Positions 17,254 through 27,320 of a stretch of 64,000 nucleotides of DNA are shown here, one piece after another. The DNA lies in IMG/VR virus record IMGVR_UViG_3300028591_000082. The stretch is one strand, 5' to 3'. The position numbers were made by a program, and so were the translations under genes. Below the pieces are notes generated by a model, which ran no database searches, was not told where the DNA came from, and was given only the letters and a program-made list of their open reading frames with translations. Every line of letters begins with the position of its first letter. The first letter of the stretch is position 1. Source of the stretch: a virus (taxonomy: Duplodnaviria; Caudoviricetes).

Positions 17254-18342
17254 CTACTGAGAAGTAGCTTCCTTAATCAGACTATCAAGCCCAAGAACTT
17301 TCAAGTCGTTAGAAGTAATAACCTTTGGAAGATTGATGCTTTCCAAAGCCCTTGCTCGAATCTTAATAGCTTCAGCCTCGGCTTCACCTTTAAGTTTCAA
17401 GTTTGCGATTTCCTGCTCTTTCTGTTTACGAGCCAACTCTATGTTGGAAGTCTGAGCCAAAATCTGCTGCTCTGATACAGTAGTTCTCGCCTGTGCTTCA
17501 CGATTTTTTCGTTCTGCTTCAATTCGCTCAGTTTCAAGTTTCTGTAGTTCTATCTCATTACGCTTTTTCTGAACTTCTGCATCCTGCCTCTTTTTCTCCG
17601 TTTCTACCTGTGCAGCAAGTTTAGCCTGCTCGTCCATCTGATTTTGTAGAGTAGCATCGTCTGGTATCATACCATTCCAAACAGCAAGGTTATCAATAGT
17701 TATACCAAATTCTTCAGCCCAAACTTTAATATTTTCTATAGCGGCTGCTACAATTTCATCACGATTAGGTAGCACATCTTTGTATTCGTATTTATGAAAT
17801 TCTTTAGATAATTCTGCGGCTACAACATTCTTAAACTGGTTATTCGCTACATTTTCGGGCGAACTTATCATTTTAGATTTAGTACCCTTTACTTCTATAT
17901 CTGCAGGGAATTTAGACAAAAACCTTCCAGAATCTGCAGGCGTTACACGAATAGCATATTTCATAGGAACAGTAAATCCCTGACTACCTTTTGTTTCAAC
18001 TTTTATATCATCTTCCCAAGTACCAGTAATAGGGGAATTAGAAACTGCAACAACCTTTAATTTAGAAATATATTTACCAGTACCACGCATTCGCCCCGTC
18101 TTTACCCACTTATGAGGAATCTGAACGAGCTTTTCGTTTAAAAGATGGCTCTTGTAATAATCTTCTGAAGTCAAAGTTGCCTGAGCACTTTGATCATTTT
18201 CAGCAAAAAGGTCAATTACGAATGCGGTTTCATTCGTATCAATCTGAACATACTCTGGTTTGTCATATGGTTTAATGAACAAACAAGAGCTAAACAAAAA
18301 TGTTGCAGTAAACAACATCAACACCAAAAATAATTTTTTCAT
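17254..18342 (-). CDS. SPFH/band-7-like lipoprotein
   Basis: signal peptide with lipobox (FSSC); FGITIDNL SPFH-like core; C-terminal coiled coil with GEAEAEA. Confidence 0.7.
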   Translation of the reverse strand: MKKLFLVLMLFTATFLFSSCLFIKPYDKPEYVQIDTNETAFVIDLFAENDQSAQATLTSEDYYKSHLLNEKLVQIPHKWVKTGRMRGTGKYISKLKVVAVSNSPITGTWEDDIKVETKGSQGFTVPMKYAIRVTPADSGRFLSKFPADIEVKGTKSKMISSPENVANNQFKNVVAAELSKEFHKYEYKDVLPNRDEIVAAAIENIKVWAEEFGITIDNLAVWNGMIPDDATLQNQMDEQAKLAAQVETEKKRQDAEVQKKRNEIELQKLETERIEAERKNREAQARTTVSEQQILAQTSNIELARKQKEQEIANLKLKGEAEAEAIKIRARALESINLPKVITSNDLKVLGLDSLIKEATSQ

Positions 18343-18348
18343 TAGGTT

Positions 18349-18657
18349 TTATTCTCCTTCCCTAAAAATTTTAATAATTTTTAATACATTTTTAACAAAA
18401 ATGTATACAACTGCTATCCAAAGCAATAAAGCCAAGAAAGCAAACAAAGAAGTAAGACTATCTTGATTGTTAATAACAAACTCAGAAAGATAGAGAGGTA
18501 CTTCTTTATTTAATCGTTGGATTTCAAGTTCTCCTGCTGCTTGATTTATTATAGTCGCAAAAAGACCACGAGCAAGATATGTAAACTTTATCGCTAAGAA
18601 TAAAAAAGCTTCTTTGATAACTAAGCCAATAGACCTAGTTGCAATTTCTTTAACCAT
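18349..18657 (-). CDS. two-TM membrane protein (start revised to MVKEIA)
   Basis: GGAG RBS; extension in the ORF track overlaps tmRNA. Confidence 0.65.
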   Translation of the reverse strand: MVKEIATRSIGLVIKEAFLFLAIKFTYLARGLFATIINQAAGELEIQRLNKEVPLYLSEFVINNQDSLTSLFAFLALLLWIAVVYIFVKNVLKIIKIFREGE

Positions 18658-18681
18658 TTTATTCTCCGTATATTTAATGTA

Positions 18682-19051
18682 TGGAGGTGCCGAGATTCGA
18701 ACTCGGGTCTTCACCAATTACTATATTAAACACTTCTATACAGGCTTAAAGTCATATTATTGCTTGGAATGACTAATACCATAAAATCTTTAACCTTATC
18801 ATTTAGCCAAAGGATTTGCAGACTTTGATCGCTAAACTATTCCGTTCGTTTACACGCCTTCTAACATCTATAACAGAAAGGAACTGTAAGAAGACGGCTA
18901 GGCTCACGCAGTCCTAGCAAGTTTGAGGTGCTTACGCAGCCATCAAAACTTCTTCGTAGTCGTTGTCGATTACTTTTTTGCCATTTCAAACCATGACTGG
19001 TTATGTACCTGATGTTCAATTTTTCATTGTGAATCGATACCGTTCACCCCC
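18682..19051 (-). ncRNA. ssrA: tmRNA; tag (A)GKKVIDNDYEEVLMAA
   Basis: 5' GGGGGTGAACGGTATCGA; 3' GAAGACCCGAGTTCGAATCTCGGCACCTCCA (G3-U70); internal tag frame ending LMAA-TAA. Confidence 0.93.
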
Positions 19052-19213
19052 GAAAAATTATTCTTTGCTTGTAGCAATATTTATTGCTTCTTGTAATGTT
19101 TTTGTGTATCTATATACACCTTTATAGTGAATGCAAGCGAGATATTTGCCAGGTGTTTTCCATACTTCCCAACAACCATATCTTGCAATAAATTTCCAAT
19201 ACATATTTGCCCT

Positions 19214-19402
19214 CTATTCTTCGTCAAAAATTCTTCTACTACAAGAAAATAAATCTTCTCTTTCTATATCTTTAACAGAAGATAATAAGAATATATATGC
19301 AGATACTTTATCTGTTATTATTCCTTTTTTTCTAAAGTTTTTCCCTTTCTTTACGAGTCTGTTAAATTTTATTTTTTTGAAAAAATCTTTAATAAAATTC
19401 AT
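19214..19402 (-). CDS. hypothetical protein
   Basis: GAGGA RBS. Confidence 0.55.
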   Translation of the reverse strand: MNFIKDFFKKIKFNRLVKKGKNFRKKGIITDKVSAYIFLLSSVKDIEREDLFSCSRRIFDEE

Positions 19403-19406
19403 AATA

Positions 19407-19595
19407 TTATCCTCTCCACATCTTTTGAATGTGAGTATCTGGAATATCTAATTCAAGTATCTTTTTTGCAGCTTCTTTAATTGTTTTAAATTGCAAAGCT
19501 TTTTCGGGGTCATATGTTCTAAATCCATTTTCATCTGCTACATATTCATACATATTTTTTGGATAATTATATTCTATAACATAAAAACTTTTCAT
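19407..19595 (-). CDS. hypothetical protein
   Basis: follows the box promoter at 19641. Confidence 0.65.
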   Translation of the reverse strand: MKSFYVIEYNYPKNMYEYVADENGFRTYDPEKALQFKTIKEAAKKILELDIPDTHIQKMWRG

Positions 19596-19677
19596 ACAAA
19601 TCCCTTATACTAATATTATATCACGAAAATATTATTTAAACAGGGTGCAAATTTTTTACTTTTGAAAATAATTTGTG

Positions 19678-19932
19678 TTATTCAACTAAAGCCATTTCAC
19701 AATAATTACTGAATATTCTCCAAGCCATATAATATTTTCTCTTTGCTTCCCGACATTGTTCTTCATTAGACTTTCTTATATCTTCAATCCTCATCATTGT
19801 TAAAGGATATTTTCCAGTTTCATCAGGTAAATATACATTGTTCTTCTTTTTTATTTTCTCATATTCTTTTTTTGCTTCAATGTATTTAATATGAGCTTTT
19901 CTATATTTTTTAAAAAATTTAGTTTTTTCCAT
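19678..19932 (-). CDS. hypothetical protein (start revised to MEKTKF)
   Basis: GAGG RBS. Confidence 0.6.
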   Translation of the reverse strand: MEKTKFFKKYRKAHIKYIEAKKEYEKIKKKNNVYLPDETGKYPLTMMRIEDIRKSNEEQCREAKRKYYMAWRIFSNYCEMALVE

Positions 19933-20068
19933 ATTTTTACCCTCGAAATAATTTGTGTAGTGTAGCCACCACCGCGAAGCGTATATACACAAAATGACCC
20001 TTGCTTTAACAAGGGTCATTTTTAAATGCGACTAATTTAATGCTAAGTGAGAAATCTGTTTTGCAAGA

Positions 20069-21160
20069 TTATTCATTCGCCTTGCCTTTCTTTGAATCCT
20101 TCTCAAACGCCTTGAGTAAGAGAATTGAAGTGAGCGCATTCTGATCTTTGCCGCCCATACCCTGAAGAGCAAGCAAAGGAAGGAGGTCGTCTTTGTCTCC
20201 TTTTCCGTCGAGCAACATGAGTGGCAGCAATCCATTTAAACCTCCTTCGCCAAACTTTCCACCATTAGCCATGCTGAGCATAGCCATTGTCTTTACGTCA
20301 AATTCACCATCGCCAAGTAACATTGCTGCTGCCATTGGGTTGTTGTTGATGCCCATTGAACCGAGCATCTGTGCCTGGATAAGACCCTTTGTATCGATCT
20401 TACCATCTGTTCCGAAGAGCGGCTTGTAAACAATTACCTTGTCTGTCATTGGAATTGAAGAAACAAGAATCTGTGCAACAATACCAGTATCAAGATTGAT
20501 TACTTCGTTGTCGGCTCTTGCGAAGAAGAGTGATTCACCATCAGAGTAGTAAACACCCTTCGTGATCTTGTCAGCAACTGTTGGAACAAGTGCTGGAATA
20601 TCCTTCAAAAGTACAAACTGTGGCAGAATTTCTGCAGCAGCACCTGCTTCATTGATGTACTTGTACTTTCCATTTACTGCGAAAGCAAGCTTCTTGTCAA
20701 ATGTGATAACACCTTTGATCATGTTAAAATTCATTGTGGACTCCTTCTTGATTGATTTCTTTTCGATTGTTGGTGCACGTCTTGGTGCAGCCTTTACTGG
20801 TTCTTGGTCAGCAAAAATTGGGTCGCCATATTCTGGGGCTTCTGTGTCAAGGCTAGAAATATCTCTTTTAAGAGAACCTACATCATAACGAATTTCCTTG
20901 TAAGAATCGATTGTGTAGATATCTACTTCATCGCCATTGCTGTTGTATGTTCTACCAACAGCCTTGAACTTTGGGTTAACTGCCGAGAAGTAAAGCTCAA
21001 CATCACGAGCTGTGTTAAGTCTTACACCCCATTTTGAATCACCAACAAGCTGTACCTTAAAGTAACCTGAATATGCTTTGATATGTGCACGAGTTACATT
21101 GTTAATGCACTCTGCAGCATCAGGTACCTTAAACTTCTGTTTTTGTGGTTCGTAAGTCAT
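20069..21160 (-). CDS. hypothetical protein with Met/Leu/Gly-rich C-terminal repeats (start revised to MTYEPQ)
   Basis: AAGGAGGT RBS; extension in the ORF track overlaps tRNA-Glu. Confidence 0.8.
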   Translation of the reverse strand: MTYEPQKQKFKVPDAAECINNVTRAHIKAYSGYFKVQLVGDSKWGVRLNTARDVELYFSAVNPKFKAVGRTYNSNGDEVDIYTIDSYKEIRYDVGSLKRDISSLDTEAPEYGDPIFADQEPVKAAPRRAPTIEKKSIKKESTMNFNMIKGVITFDKKLAFAVNGKYKYINEAGAAAEILPQFVLLKDIPALVPTVADKITKGVYYSDGESLFFARADNEVINLDTGIVAQILVSSIPMTDKVIVYKPLFGTDGKIDTKGLIQAQMLGSMGINNNPMAAAMLLGDGEFDVKTMAMLSMANGGKFGEGGLNGLLPLMLLDGKGDKDDLLPLLALQGMGGKDQNALTSILLLKAFEKDSKKGKANE

Positions 21161-21195
21161 AAAAACGAATACCTCCTTTTTTGATATAAATTTTC

Positions 21196-21270
21196 CATTC
21201 CCTGCAGGAGTTGAACCGTACATCTTAGTCCTGAGAAGACTTTGTCCTATATCCGTTAGACGAAGGGAAC
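21196..21270 (-). tRNA. tRNA-Glu(CTC), bulged T-stem
   Basis: loop TTCTCAG. Confidence 0.75.
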
Positions 21271-21372
21271 ATAAACATAACCCTTTCAAAACATACGACG
21301 GATCACTAGAAAACCTTGCCAGGCAAGGGAAAGCATTACTTCCTCCCCGTACTAGTCTCTGAGGGTTAATGA

Positions 21373-21445
21373 CATTCCTTGCAGGATTTGAACCGTGCTT
21401 TTATTGCCTGAGAAGCAATCGTCCTAGCCATTAGACGAAAGGAAC
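21373..21445 (-). tRNA. tRNA-Glu(CTC), bulged T-stem
   Basis: ATTGC-TTCTCAG-GCAAT; identical to the copies at 22022 and 22346. Confidence 0.8.
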
Positions 21446-21561
21446 ATAAAAATTTTTTTGATTTTTTGTTGTTATACTTAAATTATAACATGAAATATGA
21501 TTTTTGTCAAGTTCGTTACCAAACTTTATGTGAAATATTTTTTGATTTTTTTCATAATTTC

Positions 21562-21634
21562 CATTCCCTGCAGGAATTGAACCGTACATCATTTGCCTGA
21601 GAAGCAACCGTCCTTACCATTAGACGAAGGGAAC
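21562..21634 (-). tRNA. tRNA-Glu(CTC), bulged T-stem
   Basis: loop TTCTCAG. Confidence 0.78.
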
Positions 21635-22021
21635 ATAAAACTGATAGTTTATCGGTCACTATCAAACGAGTAATGTTTTTTTAACGGTACAAAACACCAC
21701 CAAGAAGACAATTACTGCCATACCAGCCAGCAGTAAACATATACTGTATTGCTGGTACATACAGCAACGACGGCTTTACTATTATAAAGGCTGAAGCTAA
21801 GCCTACCTATCATTTATGTCGTAGTAGGTGACGAAGATATTTAATCTAGAATATCCCAAGAAGGTATTTTGACCTGAAATACCCAAAACAGGACTTGCTG
21901 TCGTTAGTCCACGGATTTTTAAAGGGTTAACTCCCGACCTCTTTTTTAAGTGGTTGTTCCCACTTCTTTTCTAAATCTTTTTTGAGAGCAGAACCCTCTA
22001 AAAGATATTTTATAAAAAAGA

Positions 22022-22094
22022 CATTCCTTGCAGGATTTGAACCGTGCTTTTATTGCCTGAGAAGCAATCGTCCTAGCCATTAGACGAAAGGAAC
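22022..22094 (-). tRNA. tRNA-Glu(CTC), bulged T-stem
   Basis: identical copy. Confidence 0.8.
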
Positions 22095-22345
22095 ATAAAA
22101 CCCTTTTGAAACCAAACGCAAGATCACGGGTCTAAGCATAAGTGACCTCCCTTGCAAATCTCTAAGGGTTTAAATTGTAAGCCTTTAACGATTAAAACTT
22201 ACTAAAACGGTTAGCCTGTTTTTATACAGTCCCTACTTCATTGACTGCCCAGTTTTACGCAAACCTGTCGACATTTGGGAGCTTGCAACTTTTTGTTTTC
22301 GATCGAAAAGTAAAACGCCATTTTTTAACAGAAATGATAACTTTT

Positions 22346-22418
22346 CATTCCTTGCAGGATTTGAACCGTGCTTTTATTGCCTGAGAAGCAATCGTCCTAG
22401 CCATTAGACGAAAGGAAC
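22346..22418 (-). tRNA. tRNA-Glu(CTC), bulged T-stem
   Basis: identical copy. Confidence 0.8.
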
Positions 22419-22975
22419 ATAAAATCGCAAGTACTGTACACATACTCGCTTGTGGGCAATCCCATTGTATAGTCGGTCTACCACCATTATGTCTACTGTA
22501 AATCTCAAATCAGTTACCGATACAAATTTTCATGTTATCAAATTTGTTAAAGTTAGCCCAAACCGTACTTGGACAGTCAGCAAGCCATTCCTCTAATAAA
22601 GCACTTAATAGCTTCGTTAAGCCTGACATTTAGTGAGTGTCTTAGGACACCATTGTCAATGGCATCCTTGCTGTCTTTTTTTGTTTTCTCTAATTTCATA
22701 ATTTGCAGGATATTCTATATAATGTTACCAACGAACTTTCTTCATAATGAAACTCCTTTAGTGTATTTTAAAAAGACAGTTTCGAGTCAAAAGCAAATGA
22801 AAATAATAGAATTGCCCAAACTCTAACTGTCTTTTATTTTTCTTTTTTCAATCGCTTTCGCTAAGGATGCCTTACTGTGAGATTGTCCCTTAGGTACTTA
22901 CTTGCTGAACTAGGTTTTAATACCCTGTACTACCTAACAGCCATAAAACCGTTTCCAATTAAATGTACAAATTCA

Positions 22976-23048
22976 AGCACCATGTCGGGCTCGAACCGAC
23001 GACATTCTGCTTGGAGGGCAGACACGCTACCAACTGCGTTAATGATGC
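22976..23048 (-). tRNA. tRNA-Gly(TCC)
   Basis: TCTGC-CCTCCAA-GCAGA (C33); U73. Confidence 0.88.
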
Positions 23049-23896
23049 AAAAGACTTGCTTTTTTTGAAACTACTAAAGCATATGCTACCATGGACTGAC
23101 GGTTCAAGTTTCGGAATAGAACCTCTAACGAAGCCCTGAGTCCTACAGCACTCACGAATTACCACTCGTAGTCTGCAAAAGTAATCTCTAAAAAGCAATT
23201 TGTTGGTTTCAACTTACGAAACCAACAAAGCTCACCATATTTAAATGGAACGATTCACACCGTTGGTGAACAGTCGATACACCATCTTTGCAATTAAGAA
23301 ATTGCATTGATCTATACCGTCTTTTAGGACTTCGTCATACTGCAATATGACTTGTAGTTTCTTTTCTGGCTTAAAAACCACCAAACATAAACCCATCTAG
23401 TTAAGCGTTAGATGTAAACTCGGTTTTTATACAACATTAAAAAACTTAAAAAAACTTAGTCTTACTTGCAAAACAACTTGCAGACTGAGTTGCTACATAA
23501 GACCCACTCGCAAAAGATTTACATGAGGGGAGGCGTTCTCTCTCCTGCGAGTGGCGTGGCAATATCAAAAACCACATTGGGAGCCTTCAGATAACCCACA
23601 ACAGCTCCTCGCTTCCTATGTCACACCGTCGGTTAGTGTGGAGGGTTTTAGCATAACGATTTATTATCGTCGGTGTAAAGAATTCTTCGCACCTATATTA
23701 TACACTCCGAAAACTAATAAAAGCAGAGTGTAAATTTTCAACCACAAAAAAAGTGAATTTCGATTTAACGGTTCTATTTCATATTTCTTCATTACTAACT
23801 CCAGTCAGTAATATTTTTTCTCATTCCCTTATACTAATATTATACCACGAAAATATCAGTTGAACAGGGTGTAAAAATTTTTGGTTTAGAAATTTA

Positions 23897-24589
23897 CTAG
23901 TAATCGAAGAACTTCTTATCTTCGAGAATAATCTCGCCCGAAGTTTCCCTAGCCCTTCTTTCAGCAAATGAAGATGCTGGAGGGTTGAAGTAAATTTCTT
24001 CTTCAAGAGCAGAAAATCTTTTTAGTTTTCCTGCATCTACTTTTTTAGGATTATTAAAATCTGTATAATACTTTTCTGTAGCTTCTTTTGCTGCTCTTGC
24101 GATCTTTAAATTTTCCTTAAAAGTAGTAACAGTCTTCCCATTTCTATCTGCCCAAATTGGTTTTTCACCAGGCTTCTTAAAATAGAAAGAGTACTGATTA
24201 TATTTTTTTGTAAGTGCCTTACCAAACTCAAAAATTTTGTTTATATCTAAGGCTTTTCCGTCTTTCCCAGAATTATAAACAATCATTGATGTTTCGCCTG
24301 GTACAGAAACTTTCTTGCCATCTATTTCTTCAAGAGAACCACCATAAACAGGAGTAAATGTATAACCAGCCTTATGAATATCAGACTGAAGTTCTCTTGT
24401 TTTTTGCTTATTTATTGTCTTGTTATTTTCGGGATTTTTTTCGTCCCAATCTTCACGACAAGCAGATATAATTATGTATCCATTTTTTTCGTGAACATTC
24501 AAAAGACGATCAATTTTGTCTTCATTTAATGTATAGGAAACAGGACTTTTTGTTGCTTCATTGAGATTAACATAATTTTCATTATTCAT
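23897..24589 (-). CDS. hypothetical phage protein
   Basis: 230 aa; AAGGA RBS; sigma70 promoter at ~24633-24661. Confidence 0.75.
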   Translation of the reverse strand: MNNENYVNLNEATKSPVSYTLNEDKIDRLLNVHEKNGYIIISACREDWDEKNPENNKTINKQKTRELQSDIHKAGYTFTPVYGGSLEEIDGKKVSVPGETSMIVYNSGKDGKALDINKIFEFGKALTKKYNQYSFYFKKPGEKPIWADRNGKTVTTFKENLKIARAAKEATEKYYTDFNNPKKVDAGKLKRFSALEEEIYFNPPASSFAERRARETSGEIILEDKKFFDY

Positions 24590-24903
24590 AATAATTATCC
24601 TCTTTCCCTTTAACTTCGTTCCTTATACTAATATTATACAATATTAGTAAAATTTTGTCAAGTTCAAAATAAGTAAAAGTAGGAAGTCAGCCTGAGTTAC
24701 AACAAGGATTTGTCATAACTATCTGTCTGCAGCCCACGGGTTCCTTCCCTTGTGCGACTTTTACTATCGAAACCGTCCGATAGAGGTGGGGTATTATCGG
24801 ACGACCGAAGGACATCGGTTTGTAGCCTACAGATAACCAACAACAGCTACACCTTTTCGATAACCGTGGCTAAAGCCACGGTGATGGTTTTAGGAGGGAC
24901 AAG

Positions 24904-25371
24904 TTAAGCAGCATTTACTGCAATAACAGTACCGTCTTTCTTTTCGATAGAAACAAGTTTACGATACTGAATATATCTTTTACCTGCTTCTCCATTTGCA
25001 GTAGGATAATCCTCTGTGAACTCAACTGTAATTGAGTTTTCACCGAGCTTCTGAACTGGGCGAGTAAATTCTCTTGCGAATTTTCCAGTTCCCATAACGA
25101 ATGTTACTTCATCACCTACTTCAAGCTTGCTTGCAAGTTCACGACCAAGTTTTGTTGCGGCTTCACGAGCGGCATCAGCAGCAGCCTTTGCTTCAGCTTC
25201 AATCTGAGCCTTGAGATTTTTCTTCTCTTCGTTAAGCTGTTCAAGAACTCCCTTGAGAATTGCAACATTTACTTTGTCGCTGTCACCTTTGATCAAGCCC
25301 ATTGTCTTATCAACGATTTCGTTAACAACTTTCTTTGACTCTGGCTGGAGAGCATCATAAGTTTTTTTCAT
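24904..25371 (-). CDS. coiled-coil plus KOW/SH3-like protein, paralog 1 of 4
   Basis: VGDEVTFVMGTGKFARE...RYI motif shared with 46049, 47842, 52484. Confidence 0.8.
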   Translation of the reverse strand: MKKTYDALQPESKKVVNEIVDKTMGLIKGDSDKVNVAILKGVLEQLNEEKKNLKAQIEAEAKAAADAAREAATKLGRELASKLEVGDEVTFVMGTGKFAREFTRPVQKLGENSITVEFTEDYPTANGEAGKRYIQYRKLVSIEKKDGTVIAVNAA

Positions 25372-25513
25372 AAAAGTTTTCCTACCTAAGTAAACTTAGG
25401 ATTTTAATAAAATATTAAAAGACTAACAGTCCTATGTTTTCCTTACATATATTATATCACGAAAATATCATTTCGGCAGGGTGCAAAATTTTTAAGCACT
25501 TTTTATACTGTAA

Positions 25514-25714
25514 CTAAAAATCTTTGCCTTTATTTTTTACTGGTAAAGATTCAAAAGTACTTTTATCAACCCATTCTGGTAAAGTATCTATTACATTTTG
25601 TGCTTCTTCTTTTGAATAGCGAGAAGCGTAATCAGGATTTCCAATCCAACCATCACCAATGGTTTCACTTCTATACAAACCATGTGCTTTGTCATGTACT
25701 ATAAATAATTGCAT
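25514..25714 (-). CDS. hypothetical protein
   Basis: box promoter at 25771; GGGGG RBS. Confidence 0.6.
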   Translation of the reverse strand: MQLFIVHDKAHGLYRSETIGDGWIGNPDYASRYSKEEAQNVIDTLPEWVDKSTFESLPVKNKGKDF

Positions 25715-25793
25715 ATTTGCCCCCAACTAATTTTCTTTACATATATTATAACACGAAAATCTGTTTTCAACAGGGTGCAAAATTTTTGGCTAC

Positions 25794-26021
25794 CTAGTAC
25801 CTAGGAGATTTTTCACCAAACTTATTTCTTACATATGTTGCTCTGTGAAAATCAAACCTTATAAAATAACGACCATCGTGATCTTTCACTGGTTTATTAT
25901 CTTCAAAAGACATTTTTACTTGTATTGTTTTGGTTGGAACTTTGTAAATATTTCCAGCCTCAGACAAAACTTCAGAAACATCTTTTTTTCTTTCTAACAA
26001 AACACCATTTATTAAATACAT
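25794..26021 (-). CDS. hypothetical protein
   Basis: ORF track; possibly related to 31716-31982. Confidence 0.6.
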   Translation of the reverse strand: MYLINGVLLERKKDVSEVLSEAGNIYKVPTKTIQVKMSFEDNKPVKDHDGRYFIRFDFHRATYVRNKFGEKSPRY

Positions 26022-26031
26022 AATCGACCTA

Positions 26032-26286
26032 TTAAAGTTTGCTAATTACATCAATGTTGACAAAAACTCTATACGCATCAGCCTCAGAGTATTTTTCCAA
26101 AAGAGTTCTTTCATAAAAATCTCTAAGCTTTCTAAGAGTATCATTTGACATTTCACCTTTAATATTTCTGATATCAGAAATACCACCATTTATACTTGTT
26201 TCTTTAGAGCAAACTTTTCTGCTTTTGTTTGCTTTTGATTTTAAAAAAACAGTATAAGAAACTTTTATAAAATACTTGTTTTCCAT
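26032..26286 (-). CDS. hypothetical protein (start revised to MENKYF)
   Basis: extension in the ORF track overlaps tRNA-Trp. Confidence 0.6.
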   Translation of the reverse strand: MENKYFIKVSYTVFLKSKANKSRKVCSKETSINGGISDIRNIKGEMSNDTLRKLRDFYERTLLEKYSEADAYRVFVNIDVISKL

Positions 26287-26288
26287 AT

Positions 26289-26359
26289 CAGGCGCAGCTC
26301 GACTTGAACAAGCCTCAGTGGTTTTGGAGACCACGGCACAACCTCTATACCATACGCCT
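26289..26359 (-). tRNA. tRNA-Trp(CCA)
   Basis: GTGGT-CTCCAAA-ACCAC. Confidence 0.85.
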
Positions 26360-26363
26360 ATAA

Positions 26364-27131
26364 TTAAACAATATCTATATCAAGATATGTTTCTTCGTCA
26401 CCAGTATCAACGAAATAGAAATCTCTTTGATCTTCTCCTTCACCAACAGATACTTTTACTGGATCATTACTACTATATGATTTACCTATTGTTGCAATAA
26501 AATAGTCAATATTTTGAGTAGTAGTATGTCCAACTATTTGAGTTTTAATTCCATCAATAAAAGATTCAGCAGACATAAGACCATTAGGCCTTACCCAAGT
26601 ACAACCCTGAATCGGAGATTCTCCATAGCCAGAATAATCTCTATCGTCATAAATAAGTCTTACTTGAGCAGCTTCGTCTTTTTCTTTTAGTCTATTAAGA
26701 AGACCATTGATATCTTCAATCTTTATTTTACATTCGTTAAGCCAAACATTTGTAACACCAGCGTGACTTATAATTGTATGATCGTTTGGCATAACAATAA
26801 GATTGAATATATCCATATTGTCTAATATAAGTTTTCTTATTGTTGCAGAAAGATGATAATTATATCGAGATTTATCACAATCTATTATATAATGTAAATC
26901 GTGATTTCCGAGAAGAAGTTTAACTCTTGGATCAGATCTTGCTATAGCAATAATATCATTAAAGTTATCAACTATTGCTTTTCTTTTTTCGTCTGTATCC
27001 AAATAAAAATAAGGATCAAAGTAGTCACCTTCGCAAACAAAAAGCTCTATTGTTTTGTCGTCTTTGAGAGAATTGTAAATTTTCTTAAATTTTCCACGAC
27101 CGTGCTCGTCGCCAATAGCTACCGTCCTCAT
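26364..27131 (-). CDS. calcineurin-like metallophosphoesterase
   Basis: GDEHG, GDYFD, GNHD, SHAG, VGHT motifs. Confidence 0.9.
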   Translation of the reverse strand: MRTVAIGDEHGRGKFKKIYNSLKDDKTIELFVCEGDYFDPYFYLDTDEKRKAIVDNFNDIIAIARSDPRVKLLLGNHDLHYIIDCDKSRYNYHLSATIRKLILDNMDIFNLIVMPNDHTIISHAGVTNVWLNECKIKIEDINGLLNRLKEKDEAAQVRLIYDDRDYSGYGESPIQGCTWVRPNGLMSAESFIDGIKTQIVGHTTTQNIDYFIATIGKSYSSNDPVKVSVGEGEDQRDFYFVDTGDEETYLDIDIV

Positions 27132-27320
27132 TTTATTTCCCCTAATGTACTGCAATTTTTACCAAAAGAATTACTCCTTCGTCATTTTGATAGGAATACA
27201 CTTTATCTTCAGAATTAAAGACATCTAGTCTTTGCAATTCTTCTATCAATTCTTCACTAAGTTTATCACACTTAGAGTAATCTATCTTTTTTTTCATACT
27301 TATATTATAACACGAAATGG

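Noticed and set aside
21196-22418. 73-bp identical repeats as a CRISPR or mobile repeat
   Set aside because: They fold as tRNA-Glu(CTC).
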